A stretch of DNA of 64,000 nt from positions 55,800,001 through 55,864,000 of the forward strand of contig OZ024748.1 of NCBI GenBank assembly GCA_964016885.1, given 5' to 3'. Below, one piece after another: positions 1 to 14,559 of this stretch. The notes under the pieces are model-generated. The model had not been told where the DNA came from. It saw nothing but the letters and a program-made list of their open reading frames with translations, and did no database searches. Each line of letters opens with the position of its first letter. Position 1 is the stretch's first letter. The stretch comes from Eledone cirrhosa. Taxonomy: Eukaryota. A program made the translations under genes and the position numbers.

Positions 1-83
1 GTTAACCTAATATATTGTATATACTGTACCGATTGTGTTATTTTTTCTGTTTACCTTTTACATACATATTATACCATATACAT

Positions 84-146
<63 letters not shown>

Positions 147-376
147 CAATAGTAAAAACGAGATTAACACAGATAAGCTGTACAGTGTGGTATACTTCTA
201 GCATTTAAATATATCTCATTGCCTGGTTGCCGTCTTCAAATCACTATTCTCAATTATCAATTCAATTATCAAATTCAAATACAAAGGTATATATTACGTT
301 AATGGCAAATTTCCGAAACATTCCTCGTTATAGGCTGCTCTAGCCCTGAACTAGGGAAACGGAAAAATGAGATATC

Positions 377-410
<34 letters not shown>

Positions 411-683
411 GAATTTAAAGTGTTAATAAATCCCACACGAGTAAGTAAACATAGGAAAAAACACTCCAATTGCTTTTACAACTTATTTCTAATATAGAAG
501 TTATCGAGCGAAACATTTGCTTGGGAGAGGGTTTCTCTTAGTTTCTCTTCTCTGAAGACCTTCAGCTGTCCAGCTCTCCTAAGAGTTTCTTACTACAACA
601 ACAACAACTATTACTACTACTAAATATATATATCAAAAGTAGAAGAGTATATATTTTTAATGTGTGTTATTTGATATACCACT

Positions 684-742
684 AAGTACCAGTAATGCAC
701 TGGGTAATTGCTGGCCTTGTGCCTAAAGGAGAAACAGTTATT
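684..742 (+). mobile_element. SINE family 1 3' fragment
   Basis: aagtaccagtaatgcactgggtaattgctggccttgtgcc; a similar minus-strand fragment is at 7322-7363. Confidence 0.75.
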
Positions 743-765
743 TGATATACCTCTTCTAACTCTGA

Positions 766-811
<46 letters not shown>

Positions 812-814
<3 letters not shown>

Positions 815-996
815 GAAAGTGTTGAGAGCCCGACGACTGGATATTTCTGTTTCAAGAGGTAGTTCCAGCTGTTGAAACGGCAACAGCTCAGCCGTCCGCG
901 TCCCGACGCTTTCATATAACAATACTATACTACGCCAAGTATCAAGTACTCTGGTGAGTAATAGTCTAACACGATTCTTACTGAATCAATCGTGAT
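812..996 (+). mobile_element. Diverged family A-like fold-back copy
   Basis: gaaacggcaacagctcagccgtc and aagtactctggtg; 812-839 is a diverged inverted copy of ~888-916. Other family A fragments: 1120-1208, 23243-23300, 23850-23937, 27192-27250. Confidence 0.6.
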
Positions 997-998
997 AA

Positions 999-1108
<110 letters not shown>

Positions 1109-1205
1109 CAGATTAAATATTTGCTCTAGGGTTCTTATATATTTGATATATATTTATCCTTATCGAGCCATATTGGATTTTAGTCTTCACATTTATTATT
1201 ATTAC

Positions 1206-1263
<58 letters not shown>

Positions 1264-1859
1264 ACTGGGTAAGTCAAATTATTATAGCATAAAACTTATT
1301 TATAGTTCTATTTCTCTAATTACACTGAGGAGAGCAACTGTGATATTGCATCAGTGAGATGTGCTAGAAACTGCAGGCAAATTTTCCTCGAAAAGCACCA
1401 TCTTGAAACAGGATGAGTATGTAGTAAATTGTAATCCTGCTACAACATGTTTGAAGACAAGTTGTGGTTGTCATGCATGGATCACTTTGATAATAGGTTT
1501 CCTTTTTCAGAGTTGACCCAGTGCTAAACGTCAGCAGTAGTAAAATATGCTGATTTGAGCAATGAGAATGAATCGAATAACAATATGGAAAACAATATGT
1601 ATGAAACTGCATTAAAGTCTTACGTGAAATCAATTAGAAATGAAAGTGGACGGTTTAAATGGAAGCACAGCATATCAAACGCACAAAACAAAAAGTTATT
1701 GACCATCTATTGTTTTATATATTCGTAGCCTGTGTTGTGGACATGTTAACTTATTAATGTCATATCAGCAAATGAAACCAGTATTGTGCCGGAAACCTGA
1801 TTTGTTTCGGTTAGATTGGTTTTCGTATTTTTTTGTTGTTTGTATTGTTGATCCGTTGC

Positions 1860-1870
1860 CGTTGTTGTTG

Positions 1871-1935
<65 letters not shown>

Positions 1936-1997
1936 GTTGTCGTTATTATTATTTTTATTATTGTTATTATGATCATCATTAATATTATTATTATTAT
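1860..1997. repeat. (TTG)n(TTA)n microsatellite
   Basis: Direct reading. Confidence 0.95.
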
Positions 1998-2405
1998 CGG
2001 TGTATTTATGTTGTTGCTGCATTTGTTTTTATTTAAATATACGTGGTTAAGTCCTAGCAATCTATTCTATTATTAAAACAGCTTCGTCAAAGCGAACATA
2101 ATAGAATATGTATTGGAAAGAGAGAATGCCGAGTGTAAAAACAATGATCGTCAAATAGACATGAAAGAGTTCAGCGGAGGTGAGGAAGGGAATGAGGAAT
2201 CAGTGTATTTGAGTGCTTGCGTGTGTTTGTGTGTGTGTATGTGGTGTGTGTGGATTTGTTTGTATTTGAGTGTGACTCAAGTTGTATGCGGGCTGGTGGT
2301 GGTGATGGATAGTAAGAGAAAGAAAGTAAAATAGTCAGGTGAATTGTGTGATATAGATTTAGATGCTAGAAATAAAGAGGACTACAATACGCGCGCATAC
2401 TCAGA

Positions 2406-3053
<648 letters not shown>

Positions 3054-3540
3054 AATATGTATATATTTATAAGTGGGCATACAAAAGGGCTCAATACATG
3101 TGAAGATTGTGATATTTTACATAATATTGTTTCGAGAGACATCAGAGCTTTGTTTATCACGACAGGTTTAAACTGTTCATTCAACAAGCCTCGACCGGTA
3201 CAATTACTTGTGTACGCATCAATAGATGTGTTTACTTTCAAATCATTACAGTGTCCGTTTGAACTTAAAACATAAATTAAGTCATTATTATTATTAATTT
3301 AACCGTAGCCATTGCGCATTTATTTTGATCCAAGGAGGGGCAACGTTAAACATTCAAATCAGTTGCGGTTGTTGTAAGCAAAGTGCCACTGGTTAACTTA
3401 GAAAATATTTGCTACATCTTCAATAGACAACCATCATTCCTACGGGAGAATGTAACTCTAAACCCACGGCATCTTTCGCTTATTTGAGACTTTCGTGATT
3501 TGTGATACTTTTGCAACGATATTTGAATTTGTCAACAGCA

Positions 3541-3610
<70 letters not shown>

Positions 3611-3611
<1 letters not shown>

Positions 3612-3894
3612 CTAAGCCTGGTAAAATTCCCGACATCCATGGACGAGTTCTCTCCAGCGGTCTCTGTCCCTCATTATCGCTGCCGTGTCCTGCGTCTCCA
3701 ACAGACCAGTGTCTGTCCTTAGGGCATCAACATACGTTAACGTTGGTCGTCCTCTTCTACTGTGTCCATGTAGGGGCTTCCACAGGAGCACTGAGTGCAA
3801 TGTCAACTCTGGATGTCGGTGAGCATGTCCAGCTAACCTCAGTCTCCTCTTTGTCACTTTTGAGCTGACTTTTGGGATGCTTCGATACAGCTCT
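3611..3894 (-). mobile_element. RTE-clade LINE 3' fragment, same family as 53665
   Basis: RRLRLAGHAHRHPELTLHSVLLW..RRGRP..DRDRWRELV; stop codon immediately followed by (TA)n. Confidence 0.9.
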
Positions 3895-4139
3895 ATATAT
3901 ACTCAAATCCTTCGATAGAGATATCATTTTCTCATACGACTGGTGCAGTAATAAATTATAAAAACATGAAACATATTACAAAAAAGCGGAAAAATAATCA
4001 ATTAACATCCTCATATTGTATTTCAATTGTGCAACAAAACAGTTAATGAAGCATAGACACTAACCAGTACTAATATACTTTAGTACACTCTGTTTATTTG
4101 TACCCATTTGACTATGTCCAATCATTATCAATGTGTATA

Positions 4140-4207
<68 letters not shown>

Positions 4208-4249
4208 GCATATCTATATGTATATAAATACATATCTATATGTATATAA

Positions 4250-4288
<39 letters not shown>

Positions 4289-4526
4289 TATATGTATACA
4301 TATATATGTATATGTGTGTGGAAATGTGTATACATGTGTGTAATATATATATATATTATATATATGGGTGTGTGTGTGTATGTAGGTATATATATATGTG
4401 TGTGTGTGTATATGTAGGTATATATATGTGTGTGTATATGTAGATATATATATATGTATGTATGCATATAAGTATGTATGCATATAAGTATGTATGCATA
4501 TACCTATGTAGGCATATACGAATGTA

Positions 4527-4562
<36 letters not shown>

Positions 4563-5096
4563 TGTGTATATATGTATGTATATATATATATATGTATGTT
4601 TGTATGTATATATACATATGTATGTTTGTGTATGTATGTATATATATATATATATGTGTGTGTATGTATATGTATCTATATATATATATGTATATATATA
4701 TACATATATATGTGTGTATATATACATATGTATATATGACATATATATACATATATATAATATATATATATATTATAATATATATATACCATACATACAC
4801 GTATCTGTGTACATGAGCCTATAGTAGTGCTTATGAATCAGTGAAGCTTTATTTCATTAACGACAATATTCATTAGATATTAGTTAGCGTTCGTTATATC
4901 ATTGATTTATATGTCCCATTTTCTTAGATTTTAATCAATTATTAATGTCGTAATCATTAGTCAGCTATTGTCCTTGGAATACGAATAAACGATTTATTTC
5001 TGACTGTTGCCTGCGTCTCGTCTCACGGGTTAGGATAATACAGTCCGAGTGTCCATTGATACATAATTTTATCAAAGACATGGAAACACTTACCTA

Positions 5097-5508
<412 letters not shown>

Positions 5509-6462
5509 GCAGAGGTTATATTTAATTTGTTGGGATTCAACAAGCTTAAAAATGTTTATAACTGATATAAAGCACTCAACTGAATTAAAGCACTCGACTG
5601 AAATAAATCACTTCTAACTTCATTTATACTTTCTTACTGTTTTCCTAATCCAATTAAGTAGTTATTCCCTTGTAAACTCTCGTAAATTTTCAGAAATTCG
5701 GAATTATTTGGATGTTTAATATTGACTTACTACTATTAATAAATATAATTTTGCCAAACTTACTTTAATCAAATAAACTATACTAGATTTTCTCCAATGT
5801 AAAATACTTTACATTTATAATCCATAACATACACATCTAAACCAAAATATTATTACTAATACATCTTAATATAATATAAATACTTCTGTTTTAATTTTAA
5901 TTTTTTAACTTTTAATTTTTAATTTTAATATTAATATTAAATTAAATTTTCAATATTAAATTAAATTTTCAATATTAAAGTAAATTTTAATCTTTAATTT
6001 TGATTTTTAATTTTTAATTTTAATTTGTATTTAATTTTCAACTTATTATTAAAAAATATTATAATCACAACGTAATGAACCCTACATTCTAGATATTATT
6101 CTTCCACGTTAATCTTATTTCTTCTTTCACTTAGATATATTTACCTTCTGTATATTCTTCCATTAACATATATTTCCTCGTTCGATTTGATTATCTTCAC
6201 TATCACTATGTATAATCGTTCTTTCTTTCGTCTTCTCACTTTCTCCTTCCTTTTCTTCTCTCTCACTTACATATCCTCTTCTTCCAACAGTTTAATTTAA
6301 ATAAACCGTTATCTTTTCAACTTTTCGGATACTCATTTGCTTACTCACTCATAACTTTCTATTACCCTCAATAAAATATTATCTCCACTATCCAGGAAGC
6401 CCCAACCGTTAAGGTTGTCTTTTTTCCGGGTATTTCAATATTTATTTATAAAACAAATATGT

Positions 6463-6526
6463 ATTTTATCTGATGAAAGCGCACCATAATTTGCCTTGGT
6501 TGCCCTTGAAATATATATAATAAAAT
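6463..6526 (+). ncRNA. Type I HHR motif with canonical core and (AU)n stem III
   Basis: attttat CTGATGA aagcgcacc...ggttgccctt GAAA tatata TA ataaaat. Confidence 0.75.
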
Positions 6527-6548
6527 AAGTATGCTTTTATGAATATAA

Positions 6549-6618
<70 letters not shown>

Positions 6619-6788
6619 AATATATATATATATATATAATAAATATATATATATATATATATAATAAATATATATATTTAAAAAAAAAATAAGACTTCAG
6701 TTGCATTTTCGATTTCATCCCTTTTCTTTATACTTCCACTCGTGTAGGACACCTCGGTTATTTTTCATTTTGTAAAAAAAAACCTCAC

Positions 6789-6915
<127 letters not shown>

Positions 6916-8482
6916 TATATATATATAAATATATTCACACTGGTTAAATCCCATAGATGTGATTTTTCTTAGCATTCTTTCTATAACAGGGGGCCGCCAG
7001 ACCAGTTCGAGTGACCCGCGATGACCGTTTTTAATTTTTACCTTGTAGGCTTATTTAGAATTATTTTCGTAACCGTAATACAATTTTATGTTATTTGACC
7101 TATACTAAAGGGCTTCACTGATAGGGTTATGTGTGTTATAATTTCCCAGTTCCATGTTTTGTAAGGAAGTTGTTGTGAATCTTTGGAATAGTGCTTAATG
7201 AATATTAATGGCCTTAATAGTTGTTCCAAAGTTCAAAATGGCCCGCCAATGGAATATTTTGAACACCCCTGTTCGATAATGTCATATTTGTAAACCTGTG
7301 CATATAAAAACTACACAGGTAAATAATTGTTTCTACTTTTGGCACAAGGCCAGCAATTACCCAAAGAATTACACAGGTAAATAATAGTAACATATATATA
7401 CTCAAGTGTATTAAGTATTCATAATTGTATAGGTGTCTCTCAGATTGGATACCTTTCCAGACCAACGATAGGAATTTCGTGATTTTGATAGCTGTATTCG
7501 ATTTTGTCCACTCAACAGGGGAGCCAAGCTATGTCAGGATTTCTCAACTGAGTTACAATAGAGAGATGCCAAGATGTTTAGAGCTACGCCCATTCAGCTA
7601 GAGCAGTGAAAATAGATTTCTTCCAATCAGTTAAAACAGTGGGGACAAAGTGTATTGTTTTTCTCTAAAACAGATTCCATTCAGCTAGAAAAGAGAAGCT
7701 AAGGTGCATAGGTCTGTATCTTTTTTTAAAATGTCGGTTTCCTGGAGAGTGGAGATATGTATGCATAGGTGACCTCTGGCTTTCTACACAACACTCTAGT
7801 GAGACGTATAATTTGTAGAAACAAACTATATCCAGGCAATCACTGATACAAAACAAATGAATAATCATTCACGAGAAGGGACCTGTTCTGTATTTTATCC
7901 TTTACTTCTTAGCGAAACTTCGGGAAGAAAATCTCTAGAAATGCTTTAATGATATCATATTTGTAAATTTCCACAGCTTAAACGTTTTCAGATAACAACG
8001 TGGATAAACAATCTTTAAACGATATATCACGCTGACCATTATTTAAGACTTAGGATTCCAATATTTTTACGCATAATTTACTGGGCCCTATTGTTCCTTG
8101 TAACTTTTAGTAAATTTCCGTTATCAAAATTCTTTCAATGTGTTTATATATGAGAACAGAAATCAATGATACTTCTGATATTGGTTCTTTCAGAAGTTTA
8201 AACTATAAGTATCACTAAACATGCAACGATTGATTTCCTCTAATACCTCTATAAAGTTCTATATTTATATGCATATATCCTGTTTCGTATAACACCTGGT
8301 GACACAAATTTAAAGTTATCCCTATTTGAAACAGCGAAATAAGCAGTAAAATTAAAGTGGGCAACACGTGCGGAGACAGTAATGAGGGTATTATTACATC
8401 TACATTATTAAATCTAGTCTATATTTATAAACAAACACACACACGCACACGCACACGCACACACGCACACGCACACACACAC

Positions 8483-8563
<81 letters not shown>

Positions 8564-8616
8564 TAAAAATATATGTATAAATTTGTGTGTCTGTATAATA
8601 TATATGTGTATATATA

Positions 8617-8678
<62 letters not shown>

Positions 8679-10265
8679 TATATAGAGACATACATACATC
8701 GGAATTGGTTATTTTCTCTCCAATTATCTCATCCCTTCAGGGTTAGAATAGTTGTAAACCAATAACTATTTCACATTGTTAAATTCTATTGGGCAAGATT
8801 AAGTTTTACCATTTCCTGGAGTAGTTGACAAAATAGCTAAATTAGTTCTCTTCAGAGAAAAATGTATGATAGACTGACACACACACACACATACGCGTAT
8901 GTATGTATCTATGTATGTATATACGTACGTATGTGTGTGTATGTATTTATATATTCCTTTTTTTTTTCATTTCATTTACTAATAGAGGACAGAAAAATTT
9001 ATGAGTAATATTGCTTATCAAATATAACGGAAAACTATTTGATCTTATATTATAGCCGATGGATGATTATTATTATGATAACAAATGAATTTGACAACAA
9101 ATGAAGTTTTAACAAAATCTATGTAATATATAGTTTAAGTGGGAATATAACGCATGCATAATACGAAGAATTTTGCTGCCGGCCAATTGTAAAAGTAGCG
9201 CGATTCCAGTTCACACTATAACCATTTTATTTCCTTGTATGACTAACCTTATTACCCATTTTCGCACCCAAAATGAAAAAAACGAGCATTTATGATTAGG
9301 AAATTATTAACAGAAAATGATAAAATAAAATTAGCTACTCATTGGGGTGAGGAAGATGAAACAACAAATGATGGTGGAGGCTCCATCATTGTATGCATGA
9401 AGATTTCTCATTTATCCATTTAAAAACTTTTATCATAATAAGCCTGTAGAGTCTACGTCGGTTTGAATGCTTTGTAGCATCGTTCCAACTTTGAGTTCTA
9501 ATTCCGACGATGTCACTTTTGCATTTGATTATTTCAAGGTCGAGGAATAATTCATAACCCAGTTCTCGTGTAGATTCTGTTTGTTACTATATATCTGGAA
9601 GGTATCAGAGCTGTAGAAGCATGTACTGCGCCAGATTTAAGTGCACAAGAGCCGACTGTGTCCCTATGACTCGAAATTGATAACACCGCTTGGAAATATG
9701 TATCATGGTAATACAACTATAAAAAGCGCATACGTCAAAGTATAAACATAATATGCCCATTTACTTTTAAGTCACTAGCATGAAAGCCAAGAAATTCATG
9801 TAGTTTTATCTTTTCTAACATATTTCCTCCATCATATTCGTGTTTAGTTCTACTGATCAGGAAAACTTTGCAAGATACAATTCATTTAAATGAGAATCAA
9901 CCCGTTCTCTGTGGGTTTACTACTATAAATGACGTACAAGTACTGCAAATGGAAACTGCAACAGTGTCGAATTCTCCCATTGCCTGAGACTGGGGTCGTT
10001 CACACCTTTGCCTGATGTGGTCCCTTTACAATAATATCAAAGCCTATTCTGCTTTGACTGTTGGACACAATTATAGGAACAGATTGTTATCGTTGTTGCT
10101 TAGTCTCAAGTTAAGGTTCATCAAATGTTGAACATTCATGATTTTTATGGATATATAAATCTACTTCTGCTATATGTAGCACATAAAACAATCTCCTCTA
10201 ACTTTCTCGGAAATGTTGTTAAATAGAACACAATTATCTTTTACCCTATTTAGCTTTTATTATTT

Positions 10266-10802
10266 AAGGTGGATTGGCTGTATCCGTAGAGGATCGGACG
10301 CCATGCATTGCCGTATAGAGTTACGGCCCTTGCCATTCTGATTTCAAATCCCGCCGAGGTTAACTTTGCCTTTCATCCTTACATGGTCGATAAAATAAAG
10401 TACCAGTAATACACTGGATATTTTGCTGGCCTTGTGCCAAAAGTAGAAACAATTATTTAAACTTGCCATTATTTAAACTTGAGGCGGTGGATTGACAGTA
10501 TCAGTAGAGAGTCGGACACCATGCTTTGAAGCATAGAGTTACGTCCCTTTATGATCTGAGTTCAAAACCCGCCGAGGTTAACTTTGCCTTTCATCCTTAC
10601 GGGTCGATAAAATAAAGTGCCAGTAATACACTGGGTATTTTCTGGCCTTGTGCCAAAAGTAGAAACAATTATTTAAACTTTAAAAGGGGCGGTGAATTGA
10701 CAGTATCGGTAGAGGGTCGGACACCTTACGGGGTCGATAATATAAAGTACCAGTAATGCACTGGTTAATTGGAGGCCTTGTGCCAACAGTAGAAACAATT
10801 AT
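10266..10802 (+). mobile_element. Three head-to-tail copies of tRNA-derived SINE family 1
   Basis: Copies at ~10266-10455, 10481-10667 and 10687-10802; A box tggcagtatcgg-like, B box gagttcaaatcc-like, core gcctttcatccttacggggtcgataaaataaagtaccag (recalls the MetaSINE domain, from memory). Confidence 0.88.
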
Positions 10803-11716
10803 TGAGTCTTTAAAGGGAAATATTTACGTTATACTGTTGTGGCTTTGGGATGGTTATGCTACCTATAAAAACACACGCACTTGTTATGTGACTATTCTGC
10901 AGGATTTCAGGCTTATTATACAGCACCTCGGAGTCTTCCAGATCTCGTGGTATCATTACTAACATGATTTTAAAAATACGCTTACATATTGCAGTGCAAT
11001 CAGGATTACTGTACATGTATATTGCCTTGACACTCAAGCGCATGATATGTTTCCATAATACGTAGCTTCTGTAAAATGGATTTGAAGAAACAAAGACTGT
11101 ATAGCGAAACACTTTTTATAGAGGGAAAATATTTTAAATACTTAAGAAATGCAACATACATAATCTTGAAATGCATTAATAATTTACGAGAAATGACATT
11201 TATGTGAAGTTTTTCATCAGTTAAAGAATAATATATGCAATTTAGGTAATATTTCTTGAGGTTTTTCCTCTTCAATTGCCAAGCATATATTTCTTGCAGT
11301 CATATATTTTATACGCTAAATATGATTTTACTCATATTTGCCAAATATGTAGCATGGAGTTTTATTTTATTTCATATAGTTTCGCTTTTTCAAATCGATT
11401 GATGTAATTATACAATTCGTTACTATAAGCAAGTCACGTCGAATAAAGTTTTACCTCAAAAGGAAAAGCTATTAATCTATTGAAATAATTGAATCGCAGT
11501 TATCTCTTGGCTCCGCAGAAAAAAATGTGTAGAACATAATATTACTACTACCATCGTTTCAGAAAGACTTATAAGAGAAATATATTGTCGAATATACTTT
11601 CGTACACTGAAATATATTTTTCTTCACTTTCAGATAAACTTAGATTGAACAGATATATGACGAAAGACGTTAAAGGTGTGACAACCTAGTATATCTTAAG
11701 AGATAGTGTTAATTTA

Positions 11717-12403
11717 TAGGGTGGCCACTTAGAGACTGAATGATATAAAACAAAAATAAATTTTACAAACACAGTTTTTTTATATTATTATTATTTTACT
11801 TGTAAATCTAAACTATAATAAAGTAAGGAGTGCGGGACTGCGTACGGTTATTAATGTTTTATCCCATTAGTAAAATAGTTGGATTACTTAGAATAAATAA
11901 TGAATGAATATTACATAATTTATCTACTAAATTTTGTGGAGGTTGATTAAATATATTTTATTGTTTATTTAAAGATTCACTTCTTTAACAGTTTCAAATG
12001 TCAACACTTCCGGTTAGCGATCGCTTAAATAAACATACATATATTTCCGTCGCTAATTTTCTACTAATGCAGTTTATATATTATATCGTCTTTTTTTAAT
12101 GTATCATGGATTACGTTACTGATTACATAAGAGAGTATAACACAGTCTTCGTTCAATTTTTGTGAATATTGTCAATTACGATTTTATTTGATCTATCATA
12201 TCTACATGCATATATACTTGCGTATAATATCAATATACACACTACACATGTTAGCAGAAAACCACCAGAAGTGTGGTTTTTCTGTTAGTATAAACAATGG
12301 ATTTTTTCGGTATTATGTGTGAACAAATAAGGGATGCTCTATAACCTGCAAAAAAAAGAAGAAAAGAGATTTAAAGCGAACATGTTTTTCAGTGGCCACC
12401 CTG
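11717..12403. mobile_element. Non-autonomous Tc1/mariner-type DNA transposon
   Basis: TIRs (c/t)agggtggccact...agtggccaccctg flanked by TA; no ORF. Confidence 0.7.
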
Positions 12404-13570
12404 TATTACGAGTCATACATTTTGAAATATATCTGCGCGTTCTATAATGTTAAGTACCTACGTAGAGACTCACTATTTGACTGGTACAATGGCATATTTA
12501 CACTTTCTGACAAATATTTCTTTTAACATGTACAGACGCCAATTTCGGTTTTTGCATTTGTCGGATTGTTCTCCGAGAAAGCTATGCACCTCAGTTTCTA
12601 CTATTGTTTGTGTTATTCAAACAGAAAATGTAGCAAGTTGTTGGTGCAACTTATAGAATAATTTGCTTACTTTATTTTCCAATTCTTTGCGTTGTGAGTT
12701 CAAATTACGTTGATGGCAATATTATTTGTCATATTTCAAAGCCAATAACAAATCTATTCCTTTCCACTAGAGTCGATTCTACATTAATGTTTTCTAAATT
12801 ATATTTTTCGTAAATCGGCTATGTTCCCTTCTAGAGGAAATGGGCTAGGAAAGTCCCAGGCACCTTGTGACCAAATGTCCCATGCACCTTGTGACCCCAT
12901 TAAGTGTCACAGATTCATGCAATGCAAAATTAAGCATTTAGCAATCGAAATTAAGCATTTAGCAATCGAAACGTTAAAAAATACATGTTACTAGATAAGG
13001 TTTAAAAGTATTCATCCGAAGGAATGGAATAACTTACAAAGGGAGACGGTGAGATTTGAACAGGAATAAGAAATAGATCTAATAACATGAACTGTGAAAT
13101 GATTCGCTGAGAGTGTGTTGTTCCACAATGTTTTAAATATGGAGATGGAGGCCCCATTATTCATAGACAATTGATATATAGCAACTCTTATGAAAAAATA
13201 AAGAAACAAGATCACTACGTTTAGAATTATGATGGAATGGTAATAATGGTGTATTCCTTTTGTCAATTATAATTCACTAATGAACCTGAAGTGATAAAAT
13301 ATAATGAAAACAGCCTTTCTTTCCACAGCTAAAATATTTCACCTTACATATATTCAATGATAAGACATATAGATGCTTATGAACACCCGGATACACACTA
13401 CGACACTACCACACACTACCATACACACTACCACACACACTACCACAAACACACACACACACACACACACTGATATATTTACATACATACACCCACAATC
13501 ACACAAACACACACACATATATAAAGTTATACACACACACATACACACACATATATATATATATAAAGAT

Positions 13571-13634
<64 letters not shown>

Positions 13635-14256
13635 ATATGAGTTATATGAGTGTGTGAGTAGCTGTATATGCATAGCTATATAGTTATTATGTATGAGTTA
13701 TGTGAGTCAGTTTTGCCAATGCCGTATTGATATCCCTGGCGAGAAGAAACTATTACCTCGGTTTTGTTTACTATATCTTTGCTCCATATATTGTATTGTC
13801 CGTTGCTGCTGGTTCTTGGCTTAATTACCTTCCATTTGCCAATATCCTTGCATTATTTCGTCTATATTTTTTTAGGGAAAGATTCATTTTTTCATTTTTT
13901 GTTTAATTTTATTTTATTGTTGTGTTGCTTTCTTTCAATCTCATAACCATGTTTTCTACTGTCCACTATTCCCATATCCTTTCTCTAAAGGTGTATTTTC
14001 TCTCAATAATTTCTTTCTCAATGTCTATATTTTGATCAATAATACTCACTTTGTACGTGTCATCAGCAGTCTACAGCGTGTGGGTATGTGTATGTGTACA
14101 TGGATGTATATACATATATATATGAATATATACATATGTGTGTGTATATATATGTTTGTGTATATATGTGTATATGTACGTGTATATATATATATATATA
14201 TATATATTATGGAATACTGTCGGCTTCTTGCTACAATACTTTCTATACCTTTCATT

Positions 14257-14328
<72 letters not shown>

Positions 14329-14393
14329 CATATGTATATATATATGTGCATATCTATTTGTGTGTGCATATATATATATATATATGTATGCAT

Positions 14394-14424
<31 letters not shown>

Positions 14425-14436
14425 CATATATATATG

Positions 14437-14469
<33 letters not shown>

Positions 14470-14559
14470 GCATACATATATATGTGTATGTAAATATAAT
14501 TTTGTGTATGCATATATATATATATATATATATAATCTGTAAAATATAAGTATCCATGG

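Noticed and set aside
829-895. CCGACGA as the HHR core of family A
   Set aside because: It is part of the diverged inverted arm (reverse complement of the gccgtc segment), not an upstream core
1410-1500. YVVN...CGCHAW resembling a SWIM zinc finger of MULE transposases
   Set aside because: Lacks the closing CxH and the surrounding frame is broken
3115-3150. Minus-strand ctgatg..gaaac..gta HHR-like string (a similar one lies at ~205-242)
   Set aside because: Core incomplete and stems not supported
6960-8330. Possible decayed minus-strand PLE (WEII..KPFSIG near 7100-7150)
   Set aside because: Too degraded to support beyond one short motif
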